Below are positions 39,626-52,414 of a stretch of 64,000 nucleotides of DNA, one piece after another (within the stretch, counting starts at the first letter, position 1; every line of letters begins with the position of its first letter). The notes below the pieces were generated by a model. It did no database searches, was not told where the DNA came from, and worked only from the letters and a program-made list of their open reading frames with translations. Location: positions 8,393,832 through 8,457,831 of the forward strand of contig OZ316897.1 in the NCBI GenBank assembly GCA_973895155.1, read 5' to 3'. This stretch comes from Marsupella aquatica. Lineage: Eukaryota > Plantae > Marchantiophyta. Position numbers and translations under genes: made by a program.

Positions 39626-41240
39626 TTTATTTTATTTTTATCTTTTTTAAATCCTAAAAAACCCAGAAGGAATGGACGGGAAACCCAACAACAACCAACT
39701 GGGGACAAAAGCCGCCTGGGAAAGGGCACACCCCAACACAACTAAACACTCATCACACCCTAATCAGGCCACGGGGTGTGGAAAAACCACCCCAATGTGG
39801 ACAGGTAAATCCCCTGATCTCTACTCTGCTTATCTTCCCTTCTCTTGAGTGGTCTATGTCTATTCGCCCTAGTCTGTGAGATGTGGGTGTTCCCCAACCC
39901 CGGAGCGGTGGAGTCCTGCCACAGATCCTCCAGGAACAGGGGAGGAACAACACCCTGTCTATGATTAATTTTCCTATGGTCAGTCTGGCCCAGGCTAACC
40001 TCAAGATTGTGGGCCGAGTGGGGCTCCTCGTAGCTAGTTTTACTCTTCATCCTCTCCTTCTCTAAGAGTGACTGGTGTGTCACTATGCTTCCAGGGCAGG
40101 AGAATGGTGTCCAGTTGATGAATGGCAGTCTGGACTTGCTTGCTTTTCTTTTCCGATTTGCACATAGTTGCCATGGCTTTCAGGTGTGCTTCAGTTTGTC
40201 TTAAGACAACCCAGCCCGGTAGCCTCCCCATGAACTGTGCATACATAGCTTTGTTGCACTCTTCCAGATGCCACAACACATTTCCATCAAGAGAATAAGA
40301 GGACCAGGTTTCTGCCCGTGTCTCTCTATCCCATCAGTAATAGCCTCAAAGAGTGAATTGTGAGGAAATCTCAATGTGGGGGATCCTTGGATTATTTGTT
40401 GCACCTCCCTCCATCTGTCTTTGCTATAACTAAAAAATAAATAATTCATGTGTTCAAAATTAGACTTGCATCTGGAGCAGATGCCATCACACACTTTCCA
40501 ATGGCTTCCCCTACCATTGGTGAAGAAACCGTGGTTCATCAACCGCCACATGAAAAAGCAAACTCTATGCAGTGACCATCCCCCCCCCCCAACAGTTTCC
40601 TCCAGATTTGCTGCCATCCTTCCTAGTTTGTTGAGAACAGAGGGCCCAACTTTTGTTCGGAAATGTCCATCCCTTGTTCTTCCCTTTCCAGTCCCATCTC
40701 CAACTGACGCACTCCTGCAGGGGCTCACCACTCAGCCCTGGGCATTTTTTCAGCATGGAATAGATCTTGATGAATTCAATTCATCCGCCGTGTCAATTGC
40801 TTCTAACTTGGGTCTGCAGGGTCTCTGCCTGAATCCGTTTGTCTATGAGGGTTCTAAGGTCTGTGATCTTTCTAATGTTCCTATTGGCCAAAAACCTCTA
40901 GTCCTTGGTGTTGTTCAAGCTGGTTATTCCTAGAATAAAGTTGGATGGTTTGCTCTATGGTCAGTGTAGAGGGGAGCTTACCGGTACCAAAATCAAACCG
41001 CAAGTGGGGGCTTTTCTCAAGCCACCCTTTGAGCAGCCCTCTCAAGGTAGGAAAGCCCCTAGCGATCACTTCATCACTTAGCAAGAGCGCTTCCATAGGA
41101 GACCACCACCTTCGCTCGTTCTTCCCGGGTCTAGTGTTCAGCCCTTTCGTGATGATCTCATGTGCCATCTTGATCCATTTGCCTCGACCGCCGGTGAGGA
41201 GTTTGGATAAGTGTTTCATTTTCAGCCCTTGTGCTCGGGA
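39626..41240 (-). mobile_element. 5'-truncated L1-clade LINE (ORF2 C-terminus with zf-RVT region, 3' UTR, A-rich tail)
   Basis: FMWRLMNHGFFTNGR...CDGICSRC...EHMNYLFF is zf-RVT-like. The plus-strand T-rich tract at 39626-39648 corresponds to a poly(A) tail. Candidate TSD tatgatt at 39619-39625 and 41241-41247. Frameshifted. Confidence 0.85.
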
Positions 41241-42242
41241 TATGATTAATTTGGAATAATCATTTAAGGTCTTATAACTATGATTAATTTGGACACTATG
41301 TAGGTATTTGATTAATTTGTACAGTTGATCCTTACAAGACACTATCAGGGTAGCCCATGAGTTATCTGTCCCAATCATGAAACAACTTTCTGTCCTTAGC
41401 TATATCTTACTTACTACACTCTTGGCATGCCCTAATCCCCTCCTGTAGTTTTTTTTTGTGTATTTCTGCCATTTTAACCCTCCAGACTGACTATGGTATC
41501 CATTAACAACCATCCACAGAGTAACCATGGATTAGCATGCATAATCCTCGAGTATAGTTTAGCTATTAAGGGTAAAGGTTTAGTTCAACCCTAAACCGTT
41601 TGCATTGGAGAAATCAAAATTAGTGGTGCTTTTTGGATAAAATATGGATTCAAAGTGAAAAGTGTGTTGTAAGGAAAACTCAACCTACTCTTTAAAAGAA
41701 AAGCTCATCTAAGTGTCTCTTATAGTCAGACCATTATTGTCTTGTAGTAGTATGTGGTTACCTGTGACTTTCTTTGAGCTTCGCTCCAAGAGGGTGTTGA
41801 AAGTTGGCACTTAATTTATGCTGACTGTGCAAGCTCCCAAGGTGGACTGCCTGGCATTATTAGGCTGGGCTACATGGGCTGCATGCTACTCACTTGTCGC
41901 TTGTCTTTGCTATGCTTAAAATCTCTGATCCAGCCATTCTACCCTTATCCCCCAACTCTTAAGGCCCTTGTGCTCTTCTCACGCAATCCCTTGCCGCCAT
42001 AGCTTGGGAAACCTGCACACAAAACAGTGTTTGGGCAAACCAATTTCACCTTTGATACTGTCAATGAAACAAGTATCGGTAGTTCCAAAGTTATCACTTG
42101 AATCCATCTCAGTCTGAATTCCCCGTTGTGTATCCAATAAAATTGAAGCATCACATCAACCCAAGCTTACAGCAGACAAAAAAACACAAAAGCTGCAAAT
42201 CATGAAAACAAGCTAGCAGAGCTGAATGGCACAATATACTTA

Positions 42243-42615
42243 GAGTCACTTTACAAGACGGGTGCGGCAATTTAGTCCCTCTCTTTTCCTCGCTCTTTTC
42301 AGGATCGAATCAATCATGACTGTTGTTTCAGCCTGCCCGGGCGCTCCTTGCTTTAGAAGACTAACGTGGCAAGTTGAGCTGCGGGAACAACCAAACCTGC
42401 ATTCTGGTGTGGATCAGCTCGGGCCAGCCGGCTAGGGACTCTCATCCGGGCGCTAGACTATCAAATCTCCGGAGATGCAAAAATGGGCAGGCTGCTTTCT
42501 CCTACAATTCCTGCCTTGGATTGGTCTAGAGTCCTACCGTACACAAAAAGTCAGGCTCTGTTACAGCCCTGGTAGTAAGCACTCAAATTGCCGCGCCCGT
42601 CTTGTAAAGTGACCC
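42243..42615. mobile_element. Tourist/PIF-Harbinger-type MITE, 373 bp
   Basis: 31-bp TIRs G(A/G)GTCACTTTACAAGACGGG(T/C)GCGGCAATTT with 2 mismatches. TTA TSD at 42240-42242 and 42616-42618. Confidence 0.9.
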
Positions 42616-42644
42616 TTACTAGAGAACCAAACAACTAGCCAGAA

Positions 42645-43445
42645 AACTTTTGTCCTTCACAAAAGGACCATCCTCATGATCATACATTTTGGTTTCCCAC
42701 CTCATTCCTGTAGTATTCTTGTAGCAATCCTGCTAACTTTCGGGCTAACTTTGTTCAAGATGTCTACTTCATCTCGAATGATAACTACCCCCTCAGGTCG
42801 CAAGATTCGGTCTACTTCTAGCAGAATATCAGTGATGTCACACTTGTCTTGGTACATGCTTAAGAGGTCACTGGCATGGACAAGGTAGTAAGGTCCGGGA
42901 TAAGTTGAAATGTAAGCTTCACACCAGTCTTGTAACTTCCAATCAACCCTCTTTCATAAATGACACCAAAGAAGGTCTTCGACCAAGGCCGATTGTGATA
43001 TTTTGGTGGTGCTGGAATGAGGCATTCGAGGAGCTCGTCCTTTCTTGGGCAATGCCTTTCTCTGTAGATGAGACAATCCCGTGGGAATTTGAGGGATCAT
43101 TGTGTCAATTGCGTGTCTTCACATGACGTGTCTCATTATACTTGATCTCACAACTAAGGTTCAAAGATTTTGAAACCCGTGCGGGCACCCGTGGAGACAT
43201 CCTCAGTACAACTATGGTGTGCGGAGAAATCCAGAGATTTGGAGCAGGTCCCGAGCTTAGCGTTAGGGTCTGCCCCTTTGTTGATTTTGTTAAAGGACAC
43301 TCGGGAAACATAGTCAGTTGATTGCCACTATCCTGACATGTAGAACATTCCATAGAGAAGCGCAGTCCCGAGAATCCATGAGGCTTTGAACCTTGGTGGG
43401 AGTTACATCCTTGAAATTCTCTATCTTGGCAAACCTTTGTGACAT
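42645..43445 (-). pseudogene. Putative pectin methyltransferase (PMT, Methyltransf_29/DUF248) pseudogene, intronless and internally deleted
   Basis: Across frameshifts and stops the minus strand reads WILGTALLYGMFYMSG*WQ (TM anchor), LDFSAHH, IFEP.C, LIYRERHCPRKDELLECLIPAPPKY and then directly [63 protein letters not shown] and [16 protein letters not shown]. Not evident from the ORF track. Confidence 0.9.
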
Positions 43446-45629
43446 GCACGTGTTTCTGCCAATTGAGAGAGAGCTTTGCCCCTTCAATTTGGCTCCTGTC
43501 ACTTCCACGGCTATTCAAATGCTGTTTGGAGACACAATAATTGTTATTGCTCTGATGCATGCAATCAAAATCTCCCGAAAGAACAGTACGACTTGAATCA
43601 TCCTGCAGGTCAAATAGGCAAGGTCCTCACCCTCAGAGTAAGCTTACTGCTTGACAAGAAACTCAAATGTTGCATATTACAAAAACAAGCCAGTGGAGCT
43701 GAATGGCATCATAGACTGTAGAAACAAACAATCATAGACATGGCACTTTGGCCCAGTATGTCCCATTTTATTTTCATCATCTGATCAGCATTTGCGTCCG
43801 GCTCGATTCTGTTTAGAAGAAGTCCACGGCACTAGATCTTGAACCTATGTATGACAACACATCATTTTGGAGGGATGGAGGTTTAAGAAAATGGTGAACC
43901 ACTGGTGATTGAATTCAATATGACGGATATTCTAATTTCTAGGCCTCCAAGCGATGGTCTATATTTTGAGTTTAGAGGTCATTGACCCCTAAAGCACTGG
44001 AGAGTCCCTATCAGCTAAACCTCTCGCCTCTCCCAGTGTTGTATCAGATTTGCATTGCATCTGCAACAGTCATCTCCTGCCATTGCATTAGCTCAGAAAA
44101 TGGACAATTGAAAATTGGGGAGAGTAGACAAAAATTTTGGGGCGGTCAAAGAGGTGTAATACCAGGCCATGACCAAAGTTGTGTGATCACAATAGGCTGA
44201 ATTAATCTCTAGTTCATGTGTTTTTGAGAATATGTTATGGCACCATTTCAGCCCCCATCATAATCACAGAATCTTAGGCTCAGAAATAAGCTCAGGAGAC
44301 ACAAACACAACAACTAAGACAGTGGGTAAATGGGGAGAGTACAACAAAACTTCTGGGAGTCTCGAAGAGCTGTAATATAAGCTCCGACAGGAACCCTATT
44401 CCAAATATTTTGCTTGGATGGTGAGTCATCTGTAACTCCTCTCCTCTCCTCTCCTACAGTCATCTCTCCTTCCATCCCATGAGCTAAGAATATCTTGATC
44501 TACATAAGGCCCCATGTGTGTTGCATTGAAGATGTGAATATTAATCAGCTAGCCCGCAGCTAGTACCAATGTATGTGACAAGCAGCACGGGAAAGGATTG
44601 AAGGCACGGGGAAAGGCAAAGGCTGCTTCTGGCAGCTAGTAATGCTCAAACAAAAGAAGATCAAAGTTGTCACAAGAGTACATGAGGTCAGGTGAGAAGG
44701 AGTCCAAAATTTCATAAAAGAAAGCCCACTGCTGCTTCTCATAGTGAGGGGAAAATTGAATGAACCAGAATAATTTATAAGGATTGTTTAGTTGGACCAG
44801 GGTGGCCAATGCTACCTTGTGTCAAGAAGGAGATTCTAAGATTTTTCTGTATGTACATTTATTAGTTTTGACCATTACATCTCCCTAGATATAAGAAGAG
44901 CATCAGATTGTGCCTAATGGACCATGTTGCTTTGGTGGAAAACCTAAAATATGGGGCAATTTTCAGCCAAAAGTAGCAAAGGAGTTTGTTGTGGGCAAAA
45001 TTTGGCTAACTAGTCTGACTGCCCGAGCCTTCCCCACTCGTTGCCTGAATCCCCCCAAAACCCCAAAATCCTTCCAGGCATGGAGAATCACAATCTAGTG
45101 GCTTCAATCTACACCATAGGCTCCACCCCAAAAATCCTGCCTCAGGTAGTAAGGGTCTAGAGGCTTCAATGTACTCCATAGGCTTCAGTGTACCTTTTGA
45201 TCACATTAAAACACCACCTGAATTTTGGGCAAGGATTCTGCTTCTAGTTTTTGCCACTAAAAAATACCCTCGCTTAAACGCTTGCTTGTCTAACAAGTAA
45301 GAGACAATAACACATGAGTCAACCAGATCAATTGTGTACAACAAACTACACCTATGATAGTCTTTTCCCCCACGAAGAAGTAGTTTGACCTATCATCGTC
45401 CCCAGTAGTGGGTTTGTTTTTCCATTTTTGCAATTCTCCCTGCTTTTCTCTCTTCTCTCTCTCCTCTCCGCCAACCACTGTGCTGTCCTACTATAGGGGT
45501 ATCTTTAGCATCGGTCAGAACGTGCTGCCTACCAGTAGCTTCGAGACCACCCCAAAGACCAAGAGAGTGATGAGAGGAGGAGGTCAACAAAAAATAAGGG
45601 AATGATGAGAGGGACTGGGAGCCACCAAG

Positions 45630-45880
45630 TCCACGAAGCCTTGTTTTCTTCTTCTTGTGGCTCAATTTCCTACCCTACTTACTACTTTAGGTGCTACAGA
45701 AAACCTCCAGCCTTGTTTCCTTCTTGTTGTGGCTCCATTTACTACCCTCCGATACTGTAGGTGCTACTAAAACCCTCCAGCCTTGTTTGCATTCTGCTGT
45801 GGCTACATCCCCTACCCTACTAGTATACTGTAGGTGCTACAAAACACTCCAGCCTTGTCTTGTTGTTGTTGTTGTTATTC
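45630..45880. repeat. ~70-bp degenerate tandem repeat (3-4 copies; further copies at ~46200-46330 and ~46650)
   Basis: Recurring agccttgt.t.cttcttgt.gtggct...ctaccct...tact.taggtgctac.aaaac.ctcc. Confidence 0.8.
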
Positions 45881-48800
45881 TGTGAATGCGGCTAGGGATT
45901 GAGAGCCGGGTACTTTGTAATGGTTTTTCTCCCCTTTTGGCCAGGGTGGCTAATGTCAAGGTGGTCAGTGTCGCTTTCTGTAAGCTTTCTGTGAAAGAAA
46001 ACATGCAAAAAATATTCGTTGTTTAATTTACAAGGTCGTTTTTTGCTCATTAGATCTCACTTGGTTGAAGGATACCCTTAAATTCTGGCTAAAAGGGTCT
46101 GTGCCTAAGTGAACTATTGGCTAATGAAAGACAGAAAACCTAATTAATTTGGGCAAGTGTGGCAAATACTTTGCGGGAGGCTAAGCCCAGTAGAGACAGT
46201 GAGAGCAATCAAGTCCACTAAGCCTTGCTTTACTCTTCTTGTGGTACGATTTTCCACTACTACTTCACTGTTGGTGCTACGAAAAGCCTGTAGCCTTGTC
46301 TTCTTCTTGTTGTTTTGTAATGATGAGGGGGATTTAGAGTAGGGTAATTTTTCAGGTTTATTTCTATTTGACCAAGGAGGCTAATGTCAAGCGTGAAAGA
46401 GAAGATGGTAGGAATCTTCCCTATCTAATTTCTTACATTAATTTCTCACCTGAAGATCTGTATAGAATTAATGGTAATGGCTGGATTTTGGCTAAAATCG
46501 GGTCAGTAGCAAGGTGAGAAACTGGTTACTGGAAGACACAAAGATTTTTGTCAAAAGGGGTGAATACTTGTTTAGAGAGGTGAAATGTAGGCTAACTTCA
46601 CCAATAAAAATTGCCACTCACAGAAAACTGATGAGAGGGATTGAGACCCCCACAAAATGCACGAAGCCTTGATTTCTTCTTATTGTGGATCAAGCCTTGT
46701 ACTGTATGATGCTACTAACGCCCTTCATGATCTTTCTCTTTGTAATTTCCAAAGCATTGTTGGAGAAGAATGCACACTCAAAATATGTGTGGACTCATTA
46801 TGGAAATTATACTTTACTTTTGTACTAAAGTTAGTAAAAATTAGAATTTCTTAGGTAGGTCTAAAGGTGCTGCTACCAGAGCATTATTGGCAATAATAGC
46901 TCTTCAAAACTCAGATCAAAGCTCTAGTTTTTTGAGGCACTATATCACACAATTCAATGTAAAATATGCTCCGTGCTCTTTGCAGATTTTCCCTTTGTAA
47001 TGGTTGGTGCTTGATGGACAAGAATACACATTTCCCATGAGGGTTTGGGAACTATGAGAATTCTCCCTCAGTTTTACCAAAAACAGTGGAAATAAAAAAT
47101 CTTGCCATGGAACTCTCATACTGGACATTCCGGCCCAAAATGCCCTGTTATTCCCAACCGTAGGGTCAAATGAGTTTGCAACCTCTAAAAGGAGCATTTT
47201 GAGGTTGATTTGGGAGGGATGGCCTATCAGAGGTGGCTCCAATCCTTAAATAAATGGCATTCAGCCTCCATTTCACAACCCTTACTGCCATATTTGATAA
47301 AAATGACAGCCAAGAGAGTGACTTTTATCCAGACCTCTATTCCCGTCTATGTTAGAGATTCACACATGTCACAAGATCCCTGATATGCTTGAGACTTTGA
47401 ACCTGGGTACCACAATGCATCACTTTGGAGAGAATAGAGGTCGAAGAAGGGAGAACCACCAGTGTCTGAATTCAGAGAGCTTTTCAAATTCCTATGCCTC
47501 CAAGTGATGGGCTGAATTTTGGATTTAGAGGTCATTGACCCTTAGACATCCGGAGATGCTCTTACCAGGAATCTTTGTAACTTTTTCTCCAAGGATGGCC
47601 ACCATGGCAAAAAGGGAAAGAAACTTGAAGCTGGTACTGGGGCTCCTCTTGATCTAGACCTGACCTCTAAACTTGGCTAGCTCTATCCTTTTTGGCCTGG
47701 AGTGGGTGCACCCTGTTTGGATTTATGGCTTGATTACAACCCTTTTTTGTCTTAATGTTGTGGCCTCCTCAAGTCCTCATGGATTGAGTGCACCTTTGTT
47801 TGGATTCCTGTCTTGATGACAAACCTTTTCAGTCTTGACTTTGTACCGTCCTCTGTAAGGACCTTTTTCCATTGTCTTAGATTTGTCAAATTTTAACACC
47901 ACATTATTTTGCACCACCGATTTATACAAAGTAAGATGCGAGATCTTTTGGCACTAAATCTGTCAAAACCTGCCCTGCATACGGGAGCTAGTCAGCTAGT
48001 TGCCAAACCTAATGGTTGAGATTATGTCTTTAAATATGGATGTGTATTATCAGTATCTACTTGACAGAAAATACCTCGTGTCCCAAGAATGAAGTGCTAA
48101 CGTACCTCCTCTAAACATAGTAAGAAAAAGGCTGCTATGGTAGTAAGGACTCTTTTGCCTTGTGGGATCCCACAAGCATGTGAGAGGGAGGAAACTTTCT
48201 GTTGGCTTTATTTTATTGCATTTTCTTAGGGTATGACGCAAAGATGAAGACATGTACAAGATATCATGATAAATCCATTTATTCTCTTTAAATCACACTG
48301 AGTGTTATTCTTTGTACCTTTTATATTGTCCATTTTGACCTGCAATTGCGGGAACACCTTTTTCAATTTGTAAAGGTAGTAGACTTTTTGTATTGCACAG
48401 TTGGGTACACCCTACGTACTGTTTGTCTCTTTGTGTACATTATACCCATTCTTGACAAGCCTTCATGGAAACTGGGGTCCCGCCATTCAATGCAGTTGTT
48501 TATTGTGCACATAAAATGAACAGAGAATGGTGTATGTCTTCATATTTCTGAAATGTTATCATTCAGTTCCTTGACATTAATCGGCCCAACAAAACATAGC
48601 CCAATGGTAGTGAACATAATCGCATCAGGTGATGTTCCGAATGTCAAAAGTGGAGTAGCTTTTGCACAACTGCCATCCATCTCAAGGTGGGGTTCACCCC
48701 TTTTCACCCAAAAGACTCATCATTTCAAAAAATGGAGGTCATGTTTTATCACCTCAATAAAATAGAGCAGCATCTCAGAGTGGGACCCAACGGGTTGTAA

Positions 48801-49085
48801 TACATGAGTTTCCCATGGACATTGATTTTTCAACTGCCCCCCCAAATTGAAACAGCTGGGAAATATCAAACAGGGGGAACAGCTTCAAAACACAAAAAAG
48901 AGAGGAAGGGTCTAAAAGAGATCAATAACAACACTGGAATGGTAAGAAATCTACCTACTTAACACAATCCAGAGAAAACTATCAACCTGTTTACTTTGGA
49001 AATATTTTCCTAAACTGGACTTTTATTAAAAGCAAACAACAGCCTGGACGGACCCAAAGGCTTGACCAAAAGGAAACTTTGATGG

Positions 49086-49897
49086 CGATGCGACTGCTCA
49101 GGTTCTCTCTGGCTCTTTGGTATGCGTGCGGTGGGAGGTGGTACTCGAGTTACCTGGTCCTCCATCCCAGCGGTTACGGGTGAATCTTACTATGGTCCGT
49201 GAGGGTCAACGTACTTTGGCAGATGTAGTGGTGGGAAACCCATTGCGCCAAGACATCCTTGGGACAGCGGCAACAACGGCAGGGGCAGCAGCGTCACGTG
49301 CGGCAACAACGAAGGAGGCCAAATATGCTGCACGAGCTTCATCCGACAGCTTCCTCCCCCTTGCTCTGGAGCTCTTCGGGCGTCTTCATCCTCAGTTTGA
49401 TGAGCTTCTTCGGCAAGCTGCCCGGGATGTTCATGGCCGCATGGGTCCCACCGGACCCCCGCTATCTGTTTTGACCACGCACTTTCGCCAACGCATTTCA
49501 GTCACCTTACAGCGTGCTCAAGCTTGGGCCATCTATCGTCGATCTCTTACAATGGGTGCTAGTGTGCCTCCGCAGCGGCTCGCTCCCCTAGAGGATGTTC
49601 CAATCCCACTTGCCGATCTAGTTTTGACCCTTGATGTGGACCATTAGCTTTTTGTCACATTTGCTACGAATGATGTGGACCTCGGTCCGGTTGGGTTAGT
49701 TTTAGTCCCTCTTTCTTGGTTTTTAGGGGTTCCCTATTGCTCATTTCTTACTTTTAGTTCCTCTTTTTCGGTGTTTTGAGGTTCCCTTTTGTTCACTTCT
49801 TTTAGGTTTGGTTTTGTCCACTTGTACCCTCTTTTGTTTGTTCTTGTGTACAGTGTTTGGTCCCTTTTTATAAAAAGTGTGTGTATATTAAAAAAAT
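49086..49897 (+). mobile_element. 5'-truncated non-LTR retrotransposon with restriction-like endonuclease (CRE-like)
   Basis: ORF ending at 49647 has RLE-type motifs E...RVN(PD-like)...LADVVV..P...KEAKY...FLPLALELFGRL...QRISVTLQR. It is followed by a T-rich 3' UTR and a short A tail. A direct repeat gcttgaccaaaa(g/a)gaaactttgatgg flanks it at 49060-49085 and 49902-49927. Confidence 0.8.
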
Positions 49898-50630
49898 CCC
49901 AGCTTGACCAAAAAGAAACTTTGATGGACGATCCCAGCTTGACCATTTCTTTGAAACTCACCTTTTCTTTGCATAAACGATCACACCTGTTGGGTCTTCA
50001 AAGCTACTGCAGTAGGTACATTCGCACAGTTACCCTTTACGATCCATCTCGGGGTCAGTTACCAAAAGGATAAAAAGATGATTTGGAGAACCTGAAGCGT
50101 TGATGAACCTTGAAATCAGACAAAATGCCCAGATAGGCCACCTCAATAACCCAGTTGTACGAAAGGAAAACCCTCTTCTCAAACTAACACACTACTGCAC
50201 TTATTCTGTGCTCATTCATAGCCATATTATATTGTCTTTCTAAAGTGAGCTACAGTAGTCCATTCCGGATATAAGGGTCCAGGGGGGTGGTTTATCCGAG
50301 CATTCATTGCTAATTCTAAATTATTATTATTATTTTTGAAAACAACAATTATACAGTACCTGTACCACTCTCTCTCTCCCAGTCTCTCTCTTCTCTCCTC
50401 GTAGTCTCGTACCTAATCTATTCCTGTTATCTCGACTGCCCCGCCTTGTCCATGGCCACTGGACAGCCATTCACCTAACCTCCTTTAGTTCCCCACCATC
50501 CATATCCTCCAGCCGTCGCTGACCTGCTCACTCCTCCTCCACTAACTTGTCCCGTCCTCTTCCCCTTTTTTCTGGTTTTCTTGCGAGCGCGTACTTTACT
50601 CACCTTTCCCTTCTTTCTTGGGTGTACCAC

Positions 50631-50736
50631 GATACGGAGGGACGATCGGATTCCTTACGGTAGGGACCGAAAACCCCCCATAGCAGGATATGGAGGGACG
50701 ATCGGATACTTACGGTAGGGACTGAAAACCCCCCAT
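50631..50736. repeat. ~55-bp tandem duplication within a larger direct repeat (50547-50760 vs 51430-51570)
   Basis: gata(c/t)ggagggacgatcggat..cttacggtagggac(c/t)gaaaacccccc occurs twice. The flanks cttgtcccgtcctct and tacc.tttcaattatagcc are shared with 51430-51570. Confidence 0.8.
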
Positions 50737-51053
50737 TTGTACCCTTTCAATTATAGCCGTCCGAGCCCTATGTAGCCCTACGAGCCCTATGGTAGTGTGT
50801 TGCACTATGCAAGGAGAATCGACCCATAGGAGATAGAGCCCGGGTATTTAGGAGCAACAGGAAACACAGATGTGTTAGGGGTACATATGTTTTTCATCAA
50901 TAATCAGGGAAAATAACTAATTGAATCCAACCAAATATCTTTCCCACCCATGGCTGTTTTGTATTGGGAGGAAAGAAAAAAATGTGAGATACCTTATTAT
51001 AGCTGTAGATGCTACAAATAATTCATCTACAGTAGACTTGACAATTTCCCCGC

Positions 51054-51650
51054 AACATTTTCTATCCTGTTGCCTCATTTTCAAAATAAAGACCTACAGT
51101 AGACTGAATTACAACATTTTTTTATCAATCTACCACTGTAGGTCTTTACTTTGAAAATGAGGTTACTTTGAAAATGAGGCAACAGGATAGAAAATGTTAT
51201 GAAAATACGTCTATGCTTTTACTTTGAAATTAAGGCAATCCTGATAGATCAGTATTCTATATCAAAATGTTGTGAGTACTCCGTCTATACTTTTACTTTG
51301 AAAATAAGGTAATCATGATAGATCAGTATTCTATGTCAAAATGTTGTAAGTAATCCATCTAGACTTTTACTTTGAAAATAAGGCAACTGTTAGATCCGTA
51401 TTTCGTATCAAAATGCCTAGAATATTTAGCTTGTCCCGTCCTCTTTTTCTTCTTTTGGGTTGCTTGTGACGTACTCATGTTTCCCTTCTTTTTGGGTTTA
51501 CCCTAGGGACGAACAGGTTCCTACAGTAGGGGCCTAAACCTCGATATGTGTACCTTTTCAATTATAGCCCTATATGTGAGCAATTCATCTGGACTTTTAC
51601 TTTGGAAATAAGGCAACACTGATAACTCTGTATATTAATCAAAATGACTA
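51054..51650. repeat. 47-bp foldback (51054-51100 / 51135-51198) followed by a 74-bp tandem array (units at 51210, 51284, 51358, plus 51588)
   Basis: The arms are reverse complements with 1 mismatch plus a 17-nt duplication in the right arm. Array units share cttttactttgaaa.taagg.aa with the right arm. Confidence 0.88.
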
Positions 51651-52414
51651 GGGTATTAAAAAATATTACTTGCAAAGTTTTCGCAGCTTTTGCAAACATT
51701 CCCTCGAATTCTAGGGACTGCAATTTCAATATTATTTAATTTTGCACCTACTTAGTCTAACTACAGGATGGATGATACTCATTTGCACAAACCGAATCGA
51801 ACCAGTATCTCTCAAATTCTAGCACAATTTCATAAATAATTTGTCGAAGTTTGTTTTTAATCTTAAAATCAAAGTAGGCACTGATAATCCAAGCATACGC
51901 TGATACAATGATCATGTTCACATTAAAATACCTAGAGTATTACTCAAGAAATGTCATGTAATGTTTCCGAACTTTCACAATTTTATACAAGTTATATGCT
52001 TCATGACCCCTGGCTGGAAAAGTTGGCGAGATGGGCCCAATGAAACTGTCGTGTTAGATCTTCTTGTGATTGTCTTATAATTTTCAGCCTCCCATTGTAG
52101 TCCCAGAACTCTCTACATTGTAACCTACATGCCCCTCTAGCCATATCTTCACTGGACCCGGTGTCAATTATTGTCACAAACAAAACCTATTGCATCTTTG
52201 GTTTCCCTCATTTCCCTCTAGGATAGGAGGAGATTAGGTTGGAGGAATTACAAGCCCCATGTGTTCACAGAAAAATTACATGTCATCTCTGGCTAGTAAA
52301 ACAAAATCTATACACAAAAATTTAATTAAGGCAACTTGATCCTTGAAGTAGTTTTGGCAGCCTCACTAATTTTAATCAGTTTGGGGGACAAGAAACAAGT
52401 TAACGGTAAAGAAC

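Noticed and set aside
44289-44301. miR390-like aagctcaggag
   Set aside because: The match ends after ~11-12 nt and there is no hairpin.
48050-48840. Penelope-like RT/GIY-YIG relic (MSMGNSC, LLHF.SEHH, KNGY, KQYVGCT)
   Set aside because: The motifs are scattered over three frames with wrong spacing and no YxDD. This cannot be supported without a profile search.
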